Of a DNA stretch of 64,000 bases, positions 25,385 to 39,079 are shown piece after piece (the first letter of the stretch is position 1; every line of letters starts with the position of its first letter). Origin of the DNA: Callorhinchus milii. Taxonomy: Eukaryota. Below the pieces are notes generated by a model. That model saw only the letters and a list, made by a program, of their open reading frames with translations. It was not told the origin of the DNA and made no database searches. The stretch is taken from the NCBI RefSeq assembly GCF_018977255.1, contig NW_024704743.1, positions 36,396,001-36,460,000 on the forward strand. The letters run 5' to 3'. A program made the position numbers and the translations under genes.

Positions 25385-26830
25385 GGAAGAGAGGAAGCCA
25401 AGTGATAATGGTGGAGATGTGCTTGTGGAGTCTGATGTGCAAAGAGATGTGGGTGGTGAAGTTCTGGATGGTCTGGAGCTTGTAGATGGTTGAGCTGCAG
25501 TTGGAGGCCGCCAAGTCAGGTAAAGGAAAAGTCCAGTCCAGAGATGTGGCTAAGAGTTTCAACTTTGTTGGAGGTGGGAGATTGTGGTGAAGGAGGGCAA
25601 TAATGTAAACATGGAGAAAGGCAGACCTGGTCAAAGCTGGGATCAAAGGTTTGAAGGAAAGATGAGAGTCAAATACACCCGGCTCCTTAAGTTGGGGTGA
25701 GTGACCAGGGAGATTGATATGGTCAGCGCTTGAGATGAGGAGGCACCAATGGTAGCTGGGTAGGAGCAGCTCCTGATCTTCTTTACCTCTCGGTCTTTCC
25801 CTCAGAATTATTAGACCAGTGCCCAGCCCAGGCATCAGGTTCGAACCCCAATTGTCCTTCCTACCCTTCATCAGGTCCCTGACCAGGACAGGTTTCCTGC
25901 CACATTGCCCACCTCCAACCATACAACACCCACCACCAAATTACATTTGTATAGTGCCTTTCACATAGGGAAGATGTCCCAAGGCGATAGACAATCCATG
26001 TTTCGGACCCAAACTGAGGGTTGGGATTGGGGAGGGTGGAGGGTGACTAAAGGCACGTTCAAAGAGGAAGGTCTTGAGACAGCTCTGAAAGAGGTGGAGG
26101 GACTGTGGGATGGAGTTCCAGAAGGTGGGGGCAGAATAGTTGAAGGTCCGCCCGCCAATGGTGGAGTAAGTGAGGCGGGACGTGAAGTAGGCTGGAGCCC
26201 GCTGAGCGGAGGAAGCGGACAGGTTGGTAGGGAGTTAGGATATCACAGAGGTAGGCCATGGAGGGCTTTGAAAGGGAGGACCAGGATCTTGAACTCTATC
26301 CTCTGTGTGAAGGGAAGCCAGTGGAGTCGGGCGAGGATGGGAGTGATTGGGCCACGGAGCCTGATGTGGAAGAGGACATGGGCTGCAGAGTTCTGGATGA
26401 TCTGCAGCCTATGGAGGGAGGAGTTGTGGAGGCCGACAAGCAGGGAGTTTTCATAGTTAAGCCTGGTTGTTATGGACGCGTGTATGAGGGTTTCGGTGGG
26501 CTGCGGTGTGAAACAGTGGTGGAGCTGGGCGACGTTGCAGAGGTGGAGAAGGCAGAGCGGGTCATGGCACGGATGTGGGGTAGAAAGGACAGTTGAGGGT
26601 CAAACTAGATGCCAAGGTTCCAGACTGGCTTAGCAAGATGGAGTGTGCATTCTTTGATGGTGATGCTGTCGGTGCCTGAGGTGTGGAAACACTATTGGGG
26701 GCCAATTAGGAAAGCCTCAGTCTTGTTGACGTTCAGTTGAAGAAAGTTAGCTCTCATCCAGGAATAGATGTCTGACAGACATTCTGTCAGGACAGCAGTG
26801 GTTCTGGAGTCAAGGGTGGAGGCAGAGAGG
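25385..26830 (-). mobile_element. Two L2 3' fragments (older ~25385-25750, younger ~25930-26830)
   Basis: LQTIQN...WLP and SWMRANFLQLNVNKTE-type sequence on the reverse strand; matches the 7250-8310 copy. Confidence 0.85.
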
Positions 26831-28379
26831 TACTGTTAAGTGCTCCGAGATGCTTTCCCGCATGAAGGACGCAAATGGTGTTTTTTTGTTGTTGGCTAAT
26901 TGGCTGTGATAGCAAAGGGTAAATGATGCCTATGAATCTGTTACCTAACAAAGAGTCAACAGCTTCAGAAGAGCAGAAAGGAAATTGGCAATTAAAATGC
27001 TATTGAATAAAGAAAAAGTACAAAAATAATTAACTATATTACCGAGCTCTGGAAAGAAACTAGATTGCTACAGACATTTTAGAAATTATAGTACTGAACG
27101 CTAGAAAGTAGTTAACGCCATGGAAAATGTTTGAGAGAAATCCAATATCCTGCAATGTTCATTGTTATGTGATTTGTTGTCTGGCATGTGTCTTATTCGG
27201 ATTAGGAAATAGGAATTTGTGTTGCATCTCTGTGCTTGTAGCAATTTATTAAAGTGCATCTTTTTTTAAAGACTCCTGTAAGACTCACACAAACTGATGT
27301 AATTATGCCATAAAGCAGATGATGTCTCTATTTTATGGTACATTGTAACTGTGCTCCTTGTGCTATACAATAAAACATACCCAAAGAAAATAATTGTAGG
27401 AGTAGACAGAGTAGACAGAGAGAGTTTAGGAGTAAGTAAACAGAAGTAAAGTGATTTAACTATGAGATTTGGAGGAAAGGATATAAATAGATTTTACAAG
27501 ACAAGATAGCCAGAGGTAAAATTAAAGTTGAAGCTGTAAGACATTAGAAGGGAGAATAGTGTGGAAAGAAACAGATGGCAGGGAGGCAAAGTTGTAATGT
27601 GTTTAATGGAATGGTTTCAGGATAACAATGAATTCTGTAATATTTAATATTAGTTTTAGCATCAGGGTGTGTGATCTTGAAAATTTCCTAGAAATGCAAT
27701 TAGTCTAAAAGCTTAAGGAGTCTGTAACTAATGTGGAAAATTATCTAACAGGATAGAAAATAGTCAACTATATTTTTTCTACTTTTTCCCCCTCCTCCCG
27801 GGGGGAGGAGAGCTAATTTAACCAAATGTAATGGAAAATTAGTTGCGTCACTAGACTGAAGGGGAAAATCAGGCCATTATAGAGTGTGGATTATGCTCCA
27901 GTATGTGTTGCCCACTAACAGGCTGCCTTTCCTATTACATGTATGCACTGTGGAGGGAATAGTAAAATGTTATAGTAAATTCCCACCTTTTCCAGTTAAT
28001 AACGGATAGAATTAGGTCAAGCAGAAGCAATCAGATCTTCTTGTCCAGTTTCATAACATTTAAATAACAATACAGAACGTTACAGAGGCTCTCCTGCTTG
28101 GCTCCCTTCTCATCACAGGTGAAACAGCATCAAACTACAGTATATAGATGCACGCTCCACCTCGTAGTCTGTGCAGAACCTTGGTGTCTTGTTGGACTCT
28201 CAAATTCCGTTAAACATCACATCAATTTTACCCACAAAATATACAGGCAATTCACTTTACAGTATATTGTGTGAAGCGCTTTGAGATGTCTCAACGATGT
28301 GATAAGGTGCCATATCAAATGCAAGGATTATTATTATTATCCATGTTCTGACCCCCTCAGCTTTCCTCCCGTCTGCCAC

Positions 28380-29585
28380 TACCTCTCCCGTTGGACCGAG
28401 GCTCTCCTGATTGGCTCCGTCAGCACCTCCTCACCTCAGGCGCTGACAGCATCACCATCCATGGTTGCACACTCCACCTCACTGAGCCAGTCTGGAACAT
28501 TGGGGTCTTGTTTGTCCCTCAACTATCCTTTCTACTTCACACCTGTACCATGACCTGCTCTGCCTTCCCCCACCTCCGCAACGTCACCCGGCTCCGCCAT
28601 TGTCTCATACCGCAGGCCGCCAAAACCCTCATACATGTTTTTATTACATCAACAACAACAACATCGAGGCTTGACTATACAAACTCACTGCTTGTCGGCT
28701 TCCCCAACTCCTCCCTCCACAGGCTGCAGATCATCCAGAACTCTGCAGCCCATGTCCTCTCCCGAACTAGGCTCCGTGAACCCTATCACCCCCATCCTCG
28801 CCCGACTCCACTGGCTTCCCATCACACAGAGGATACAGTTCAAGATCCTGCCACTCTGCCGCCCCTCACTTGCCACCTTCAAGGCCCATCTTAAGGCCCT
28901 CTTATTCGACCGTGCTTTCGATCTTCCTGCTTCCCCACCTGCCCTCTACCCTCCCCGACCCCGACCCCCAGCTCAGGTCTGAAACTCTGTCTTTCCAGCG
29001 CCTTGGGACGTCCTCCTGATGTGAAAGGCGCTGTGCAAATGTAATTTTGTTGTTGTTGTTGTGTCACTGAGACCCTAATCCACTCTTTCATCACATCCAG
29101 GCTATATTACAGCGACTCTGCTCACCTCTTCTCTTCACAAGCTGCAGGCTATCCAGATCTCCGCAGTTTATATCCTTTCCCACACTTCCCACAAAACTTT
29201 CACTCCCATCCTAGTCTGGCTCCCCATCCCCCAGCAGTAAGTTGATAGGCTTGAGTTCAAGATTCTTATCCTAACCTTTAAATCCTTCCAATTTCTTGCC
29301 CTACTCTACCTCAGTGGGCACCTGCCTACTTCACATCCCCCGCCATCTACGGTCAGCATATCTGGTCCCGCTCCCTGAAACTTCACCCTGGAATCCCACT
29401 GACTTGCCCCTTCTCTTCCTTTGCCTCCTTCAAAGTTCATCTCAGGACCTTCTTTGACTGCGCTTTCAGACAGCCCCCATCCCCCACCCCTGACCCCCCC
29501 CACAGCCCAGTTCCAAATCCTGGACTGTTTAGCACCTTGGCACATCCTCTTGACGTGAAAGATACTACATAAATGTAAATTTGTA
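28380..29585 (+). mobile_element. Tandem L2 3' fragments (~28380-29060 and ~29065-29585)
   Basis: SRLDYTNSLLVG, LQIIQNSAA and LHWLPITQRIQFK motifs; (GTT)n tail at 29049-29061. Confidence 0.85.
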
Positions 29586-32500
29586 TGGCATTGTTACAGC
29601 TAGGAAAACATTCCTAAAGATAGTTGATTTGCTCTGTAACAGATTAGTGAACAATGTAGATGTAGATCTTGACACAGCTGCAGTAGGTATAACTTCTGTG
29701 TGCAACAATCAAGTTTAAACATTGAAGTAAAGTAGCAAATAAAGGATAATGATTGACTAAATGATTCTTAATTTTCCATAAGCTTGCAATTATTAATCAG
29801 CGTGGCCCCTCTGAAAGGTGAAAATAGCATCTTTTTTCTTCCAGATTACCCAATCCTGGTTATACTTTGACTAACACATGGAAGAGCATCTCCTGGTGGC
29901 CATTGAACAACACTGCACATTTTATAAGTTTTCAGGGTCTTTTATCAGCGGCATCAAGACTGTGCCTGACTACAGTAAACCTCACATAAATTGTATCAGT
30001 TAGGACCATACATTGAATATTACTAATGCAAAGTATGAGTCATGTGAAAGGTATGAATAGGAAATTCAACGGGACTTAGGCAGATGTACAATTTAGGCAA
30101 TTGTACGATTTATACATATCAGACTTACGCGAGTTTTACTGTAGTCACACAAAAAAAATTGTTGATAAAGTCAAGTTGCTGTTGATCTGATGGCACTTCA
30201 TTTATTTGAAACATTTTCAGAACTAATCAATACTTTACTAGCCACAGGAGTATTTTAAGTAGAACAGGAGCAATGGGAATAACGTACGTTGCATTGAAAA
30301 AATAAAATTCCTCGAATCTTCAGAATACCGAGGGAAGAACTATTCAGAATGGCTCCCGGTCTCATCAGCACCAGTTTCAAGCTCAAAGTCCCCACAGCCA
30401 AGTCCCAAAACAATTTGTTGACTGAAATTAATTCTTGGAGCTGTAATAATAATCCCTGCATTTGATAGAGTGCCTTATCACGTCGTCGAGACATCTTAAA
30501 GCGCTTCACAGAATATACTGTAGAGTGGAGTGACTGTGGACAAACTGCGGCAGCCAATTGCACACATCAGTGTCCCACAAACATTCGTGGATTGATTATG
30601 TGTTTTGTGGGTGAAACGTGTTGTGAGAAATTTGTAGTAACTAATTCTCACGACATGGGGGCACTGCAGATACTGAACTGCCCCGTATAGAACTGTGCAT
30701 TTTCAGTACTTCAGCAGAGTACATTCAGTTGTAATAATCATTTACAGTAGCTATATTCAAGCTTATTTTTTTTAAAAAAAGACTGTTTATGTTGGGAAAA
30801 GAGTAAAATGAGTCACTTTGAACACAACGAGATTTTACGAAAAGAAAATGAATTTTTAAAAAAATGGGAAGAAGAAAAAATCTTTCAATGGTTCAGAGGG
30901 AAATCAATCCACACCCTTGTGACTACTGCTCAGCACCTAGACAACAAGACTGGTAGCCGTCAGTAAGAGCTAAGAACGCTAAAAATGCCGGTAAGAGCTA
31001 AGAATGCAAATGTTCACATTCCGCAAAGAACCGCAAACATTTACAGACACAAATACATGTTATATCATAAATCACCTCAACCAGGGGTACTGGTTTACCA
31101 CGTTCATCTTCTGTGTGATAACTTTCCACAGCCACAGTTTCCCCATTACATGCACTGAGGTTACAGTATTAAACACTATAGTATTAAACACTATAGAGAC
31201 CGCAGGAGAATTCCCACATTCAGATATCAAAGAGTATTTAAATTGTGCTTTGGATAATTCATTGAATAGCGATAAATATTGTGTGGCATTCATTGATTCA
31301 ACAATAAACTGGCAAAAAAAATTGCAAATATCTCAAAATGTGTTAGAGGTCACTTACTCACATCAAGGAAAATTATTAACAGCAGGTGCAGCCAAGTGTA
31401 TAAGATTACAATATCTAGTCGTACAATGTATAGTTTAGAGGCAAGTATCAGCAGCCCGGACTCTGCAAACATGCCTCTATCTATAAGACCAATGTGCCAT
31501 TTCCACTAGGTGAACTATTTTGTCATGTGTGTAATAGTTCTAAGTGCTAATCATCAGTGCATTTAAGAAAATGGTGCAATAACTACATTAACAGAATGAT
31601 CGCAATTTGTCCTGAAAACTGTTGAGAGAGGGATTTCACAAAAAGACTGATGTAACTGTGTACAATTATAATCCTACACATTACAGAGTAAAGGAAAAGT
31701 TGAGGTACCTGGTTTTCTTCATTCAATTGAAAAAATAATTACAGATATTGCTCCTCTCTTAAGTCATCACATGTGGAGCCTTGCTTCATTCTGGTTTTCA
31801 GCACCAATTGGCACAACAAAATTACATTTGTATAGCGCCTTTCACAAATCAGTGCATACATCAAAATGTCTCAATGTGCTTGACAGTAGTTAGCGGTAAG
31901 TATAGTGGCTGCTATTGTAGGAAAGAAAGCAACTATTTTCCTCACAGTAAGCAGATCCAGCAAAGTTAGATCACTGACTCACCCCTATTTGTGCACATTT
32001 CACTACCCCATCTCTGCTTTTGCTAACCATCCAACCAGATGATTATTTCCATTACTTTTTCTAACTTCCTAAATTATATCACCCATTCCTGACCTGCAAT
32101 TCTCCCTCCAATTGGCCTTCTCAATGTGCTAAATCCATACTACACCAATTAAAATTAAATATGCAAAGCACTTGAAATGTAAATTAATGATCAATATATC
32201 TAAACGAAAACATTATTATCCACATATACTTTGCCCTGAGTTGTTTAAGAGCAATTTAAAAAAGCAATACAGTACCCATTGGTCACTTTTGTACATAGAT
32301 GAAATGTTTCCATAACCACACCTTAAAGGACCTAGAGTTTTCCTGGGTGTAAAAAGTAAAACTTTTTTTTTAAATAGAACTCAACATGGTTATGAACAGT
32401 ATACCTTGCTAGGATTGGGTATGATTATAGTGACACGGTGAGACTACTGTTAACTCTGATAATGATTCACTCCCGTTGGTCACTTTTGTTCAGGTATTTT

Positions 32501-33855
32501 TCATCACTTAAGAACAACAACATAATGTATCTGACTTGAAATGTGCTTTATGATCTTCCCCCCACCCTCCCTCAATGCAGTTCCGGCTCTGCTCCATTGC
32601 TTGATCCTCACTCTCTCCGTCCCAGCCTTCAGCCATGATGCCCTTGCTCTCCGAAACTCTCTCAAAATCTAATCTTCTTGCCTTCAAAACCTCTTTTTAA
32701 AAACAACTTCTCTCTTTTACTGTGACCTACATCAACCACCTCAAATTCTTTCCTCCTTTTCTCCCTGCTGTGATCCATTTGTGAAGCACTTTGAGACGTT
32801 CATTCTATGTGAAAAGTGCTATATAATTACAGACCGTTACTGTAACACGGTCTCTTATTTTGAGTGAAACAGTCCTTTATCTTCTCCCCTTTTCCTCCTA
32901 CAGGTTTTCCATTCTTGATTTCAAGGTCTAGGTCTTGTTCCTTTAGTTCTGTTTAGATGCTTGTCATGTTTTTTTGTGTGTGTGGAGGGGTGAGGGGAGA
33001 GAAAGTTTTCTGCCCATTTTCGGTGGAGTTTATGATTTCTCCGTAGAATCAAAACCTTCATTTGGCCAACAGTATCCCTGTGGTTTTATGTCTCAAAATA
33101 GGGGAAGGGTGGAAGGGAAACTGCCTCAAATCTGTTGACATCCATGTGACAGATTGTTGACATGACTCTGTAATGTCCCACAAAGTAGTGTGATCACTGG
33201 TTACCTATTCCGGCTGTTAGTTGTTTTGCTTTCAAGTGGGTAGGTTGGAGCTTTATTGCTTTGAACTGTGATTAAGCACTGTAATAATGCTGTCATGGTC
33301 AAACATTTATATTTCTAATAATCCACCTTTCAGATTATTACACAGATTCATCACTGATTGGGTTTTTGTAACATTTATTCTGAGTTGGTGGAAAGACTCA
33401 TTGCATGTAAGGACTTGACTTGGTTTGCTCTCTTGGTTACAGTACATATTCCAAGGTCTCAGCGACAGGAATATTAGAATAAATTAATAAGAATTTATTA
33501 ATTATTATAATAATAATTTTAATATATAATTATAGTATTATATATTGTTATATTAATATTATTATTATTATCGGATAATAATACCTCAAGAAAAAAACAA
33601 AACAAAAATTGGTCACTTCAATCCATGACTGTTTGTGGAACACTGCTGTGCGCAATTGGCTGCCATGTTTTGTTCAAATGCAAGGATTATTATTACTATA
33701 TTAAATTAAAGATCATTCCCATCTCCTTCATATTGAAGGACTAGAATGTGCCCAATTTAATGGAGATCAGACCCAGTGAAACTCAACAACTTTTGTTGTC
33801 ATCTGGCGTGAGAAATCAGCCTAAAGAAAAACAAACATTTAGCAGTTGACATCAA

Positions 33856-33861
33856 TTTATT
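33856..33861 (-). terminator. TRAK1: Candidate TRAK1 polyadenylation signal (about 1.3-kb 3' UTR)
   Basis: AATAAA on the - strand followed by GT/T-rich tgtttgtttttcttt; more distal AATAAA at 33374-33379 and 30201-30206. Confidence 0.45.
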
Positions 33862-35138
33862 CCAATTTATCAGTAGCCAAACAGATGATGCTATAACTTT
33901 TCAATACATCAGAACCCAATTGTTTCAAGTGTTAATGTGTCCATGTGTGAACCCTGATTTGTGAAGCTTCCTCTTCATTGCATATGTTGGCAGTTCCATT
34001 TCTTCAGTAGACTGATCAACCAAACAAAACCTATAATAAAGAGTCCTGGTCACACTACCTGTTATCTGTTATATTATACATTCAAAAGATTTTTCTTTAA
34101 CGCTTCCCACCCCCGTCAAAAAAAAATCCTGGAAATTCAGCAAACAATATACACAGGCAGCGTAGCCTAAAAAGGAAAAAAAAACTATTTACCAAAAACC
34201 TTATGCAACACAAATGAATCAGAATGCATTTGAAACACATGCAGTCAACCTATGTGCTGCCCAACAAAATATCTAGAATAAATGTACATAACACAATAAG
34301 TCACTTCAGTCTTGACAAAGTTTTAAAATCAGATTCCAACGAACCCGAAGCCTGCCACATGTGAACAGTTCAAAATAAATGGTTTAGGTACCACTAATGG
34401 TGCTTCAATGTGATTTTTTTAATATCGCGCTCCCACCCCACCACGTATTAATTCAAGTAAACGTACATGTGACGCAAACACTGCATATAATATTTACTAA
34501 TACAAGTCTTACTCCATTGCATTTATCTACAGGCTAGAGTGGTTGTCATCATCCTTCAACAAGGAGGTCAGTAAGGACAAATGTCGTCGTCAAAACAACA
34601 TTTTAAAGGTTAACAGCAAAACATACTTTAAAAATGATACTGCTTAATTGAAACACATTCTCACTTTTTAAAATACAGTGCAAGATTATTACTTAAAATG
34701 ATTCCCTTTGTAACTCTATGCAGATCCATATCAGACGCCCGGTCCTCAGAATGATATGAACTGCATACTGTTAGTACAAAACAGTACAGGTCTCGGATTG
34801 TACTTTGTACTCAAATGATCATAGTCATGTTAGACGGAGCAAACTTCAATCCACCAACCTTAATTAAAAAGTTATTCTAGGAACATCCACATCAATGTGA
34901 GCGCATGTTTTTCAACCACTGGAGAGTACCTCCTTAAATATATATATTATATATATAGAGAGAAAAAGGGAGAGAACAGCTAGGACCTTAAATTAAATTA
35001 GTTACTTACAATACATTAAGGACAGTAGATCTATGTACATATTATACAAATTCTGTTCTACTCCTATCAGGCACTGAGTCAATGTATCAAACACTGAGAA
35101 TGAGCTTGTGGATAGTTGATCATCATTGCATTGATCCT

Positions 35139-35946
35139 TCATCGGAGACTAGTCTGTTTGGGTAAGTTTGCCCCCATGAGGATTCCTGAACTCAGTGTTG
35201 CAGGTCCCTTCATCTGCATGCTGGCCCCCACCATAGTGGGAAAGCTGCGATTACGTCGAATGCCACTGTTCAGCTGAATCCCTCCAATGGCACTTGGGAC
35301 CATCTGGGGACACTCTAAAGTATGGCTCTCGCCCACAAGGGTCCCATGGGTAAAAGCTCTCACCGGCCCTTGGGCCCTTTGGAGAAAGGGTCCTCTTTCG
35401 TCCACCAGCAACGGTCCGGGTGGGATTGCGGCCCCCGGACGGATGACTTTGGCAATGCCGAGCCTCTTCACCTTGTCAACAAGGTTGATTCTGGAGATGC
35501 TCACATCAGTCTGGCATTCACTGTGTCTGACCCGCTTGTCTCCCCTGATCTCCTTCAGTATAGATCGGGCTGGTTTGGATGCCAGAAAGTTGTCATAGTG
35601 ATGACTGCTAGCACCTTTGAATTCAAACGGAGGTGGCGATGGGCACAGCGAATGCAACGGCGAGTTAGGAGGAGTGGACGGGACGATGGCCGATTTGAGG
35701 CTATATGGATTGGCACCAAAGCTACTCATTCTGTCCCAGCTGTATGGGTTGTACACGGCAGCTGAAATCCCCTGCTCCTTCAGTAGTCTGACCAGGCCCA
35801 GAGAAGTGCTCATTGTCGTAGTGGCTTCTCGTAGGTTAGTGAAGGATTCAGCCAGGCTCAAGCGACGAGGCGTGCACGGAGTACCAACGGGGGTGGATCG
35901 TAGAGTGTTCAGGTTTCCACTAGCAATGGCCGGTGTAGAGTTAAGG
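35139..35946 (-). CDS. TRAK1: TRAK1 terminal coding exon (14th of 14 in window)
   Basis: Acceptor ttcttag|C; LNSTP...TPCTPRRLSLAESFTNLRE...SGIRRNRSFPTMVG...KQTSLR*, the TRAK1 C-terminus. Confidence 0.96.
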
Positions 35947-38155
35947 CTAAGAATAGAGAAGGAAAAGAAGACTGTTAAGCCCAGGCCTTGGTTGACTTCC
36001 CTGCTTCTCTTCAGCTTCCGGGAAGAACTACTTTGCACATGATTGGTTGGTACAAGTAACGACACAAGTAATTCCATGGAAATGTTTACATTTCAAGCGT
36101 TTGTTAAGTACATTCAAATCAGCAATATTCATTCAAAACCTTAACACACACTCCCATTGATTCAGGCAGGAAAAAAGGATGCGGTGGTGCAGCTTTTATG
36201 GGTTATACCCACACCAAGGTTCGCTCTCAGATGAGGTGAAGCAGAAATCTACAAAATCTACAAAAAACAGAGTGACAGGACTTGGGTTTGTACATGTTTC
36301 CAGCATGGCATGACTGTGCATTGCTGTCTGGAGGAAGCTCCAGTGGGAAGGCAGATGGTAAAAGTCAAAAGGGAGAAAAATATACCATCTTATTGTTATT
36401 ACAGTGCATTTGCTTCCAGGCCTTACTCTGTGGTTGTTAATAGTGCAGAGTAAGACCATATGATCCATGATAGTATCTGAAATGCATCTACTGCTAAAAT
36501 GCTATTGCGATAGCATTTCCTCTGAATACTGCAAAGTAGGATGTAATGCTATATTAGGTGCTCTGGAGTTTTGCTCAATCTATCTGTGAGGGGAGGGAGG
36601 AAGAGAATCTGTAGAACATTGCATGAAGCAATATGAATATAAATGCAATAACTTCATTATAAATATATAAATAAAATTATTGTTGAATTTGAATGGAGCG
36701 AAGGGCAGAATGGATTATATATGGCATGTACAAGGAGTAGGCCTTAATGAGCTGGTCAATGGCCTTCTCTCAATCTATGCCACTTGTTTTTATAGGTGCT
36801 GTAGCTCAACTAATGTATTTGGGCATAGACTTAACTTTCTGAGATTTGTATTTGTGTCATCACCTTTTGACACTTACATCTTGATGGAGCAGCCTTTGCG
36901 CAAAAATCAATCAGCAAAAGATCTGAGGCCACAAATTTATTCCCAGCCAATTGCAACCCTTCCTCATGAGCACCACTCTTTCTTCAAAAATTAAAATTGA
37001 TTCTCACAGAATAACCATTTTGTGAGCAATCAATACAACAGCAGGATACAAAAATGAAACTGTTGGGTTTCTTTTCTCCAGCTTTCACATTTAGCTTCTT
37101 ACAGTGTGTTTTAATCATAAAAACTTTCAATTGTGGGCTGGGAAATGACCAAGTTACCCGATCACTATTAGATCCCAGTTCGTCTCAGCAACCATTGGCA
37201 GTAAATTATAATAAATAATAATAATCCTTATTATTATTATAAGGATTATTATTATTATATTAGAAATTATGGGCAATTAGGGTTTGGGTTGGGAAGCTAG
37301 GCATTGCAGTTTACAAGTTAGCAGCAGAATAAAGTAATGTTTTATGTTAGCAGCTGTAACATTGATGATTATAGGGGAAGGATAGTTAATATTCACAAGG
37401 TGCTATTATCAGTCACGTGCTACCTTGGGTTCTGAGCCACCTATCATCCACAAAATACTCTGAACCAATTATACTGTCTGACATGACTGCACTCAGCAAA
37501 CCATTAGTGCTATTTAACAGGCGATATCTATCTAACAGACTAGAACTATCAAAAACTCATCAACTTCCAGCTTTTATACTGCAAGAGAGCATCTCATAAT
37601 AAAATAAAAAGGGACTTTTTTTAAAAAGCAAAAACAATTTCCCACAACACTCTATTGATATAGAAAGGTTAATCACGACAGTCTTTATATTACAAATTAA
37701 AATATAATTGAAAATAGGCTGATTCAGAATATCACTTGTTACAGCAACGTAAAGAAACAAAAATCAAAACATAAAAATACCTTGAAATCATTTTCAACAC
37801 CACAAGTATTATGAATATTCCAAGAGTAATTATTTCCACTTGTTTATTGTACTACTGCAAACCATAAGGAGAAAGAATAATTAAAACTTCAAAAACTTCT
37901 TGCCAAAAATAAAACTGAATAAAGGATTTATAAAACTGATAGGAAACCACCTTGTGCAGCATGAACAAATTACTTTGAGGCCCACACAATCTCTTTAAGA
38001 TAACTACATTTTGAATATAAATGCTCAACTTTGCATGGTGGGTGGATAAAGATCATTAATATCTAAGACATAGAGGGAGTGGGGTTAAGTCACAACCAAA
38101 TATATACAACTCATTTGTATTACACTATCCCTACCCTCAACCGTCACTCACAATA

Positions 38156-38493
38156 TTAGGTTCCACTAAGACACCTATGACTCCCATCAGAGGATATGTG
38201 AGGTGAGTCTCTGACACTGTGACCAGCTCGGAGGCCATCAAACAACAAGGGTGACTCATGCTGACTGTGGCCAAATGTCTGCCACGGCACTTCTTTGACG
38301 GACCAGATCAGAGAATTGCAGGCACAAGGAGATTGGATAGGAGAGTGCGATTTAATCAGATGGCACAAGTAGAGAAAACCAGCGCAGAGTTGATGGGCCA
38401 AACAGTCTCTTTCTATGTAGTAGTATCCCACAATTCCAAGGCCATATCTAATGGTTATTTTTGGAATATTTTTACACATTCCAAGCATGACAG
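38156..38493 (-). CDS. TRAK1: Candidate alternative terminal exon of TRAK1
   Basis: Long pyrimidine tract, acceptor ttctcag|CT, open for 112 codons plus stop from a phase-1 donor, AATAAA at 37843-37848; no transcript evidence. Confidence 0.45.
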
Positions 38494-39079
38494 CTGAGAA
38501 TCGACGACAATTTTGTGGGTGGTGGGGAAGGGAGATGGAGGAGACAAAGGAAGAGTTTCACAGTGATCATTGGATCAACTCTGAAATCTATACTTAAAAT
38601 TTCCTATATTCTTACAAATTAGTTGATAATCCAAGGTTTGATTCAAGACAACCCCCTCCTTTCCCTCAATAATCTGGTTATTTAAAAACCTGAAAGCGTT
38701 TGCTGAGGAATTATATTTGGAAATAGAGCAAATAATAAGGTACAATGCAAAACAGGTTCAATTTAAAATAATTTGTCTGAAAGCCAGCGAAAAATAATTC
38801 TGCCTGTTCAATGTGTTTACTGCTCTGTAAATTGAGGATTATTGTGAGAAAATTATTGAAAACATCAGCCACTTTTTGACTGCAGTAAAGAAATACATTT
38901 CATTCAGTGCTGGGTTGCATTTAGCAAAGGAATAGAATACAAATCAAAGCATTGTTCAGTTAAAAACAAACTGAAATAACAAAAATGGCAGAAATGTATT
39001 TCTAGTGCATTATATTTTTAATTTAAGTTAATATCTGCTGTCTGGACACTAGTTAGACTCACATATCAAATACCCTAGG

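Noticed and set aside
35287..36042. + strand ORFs of 103-147 aa
   Set aside because: Antisense shadows of the TRAK1 terminal exon
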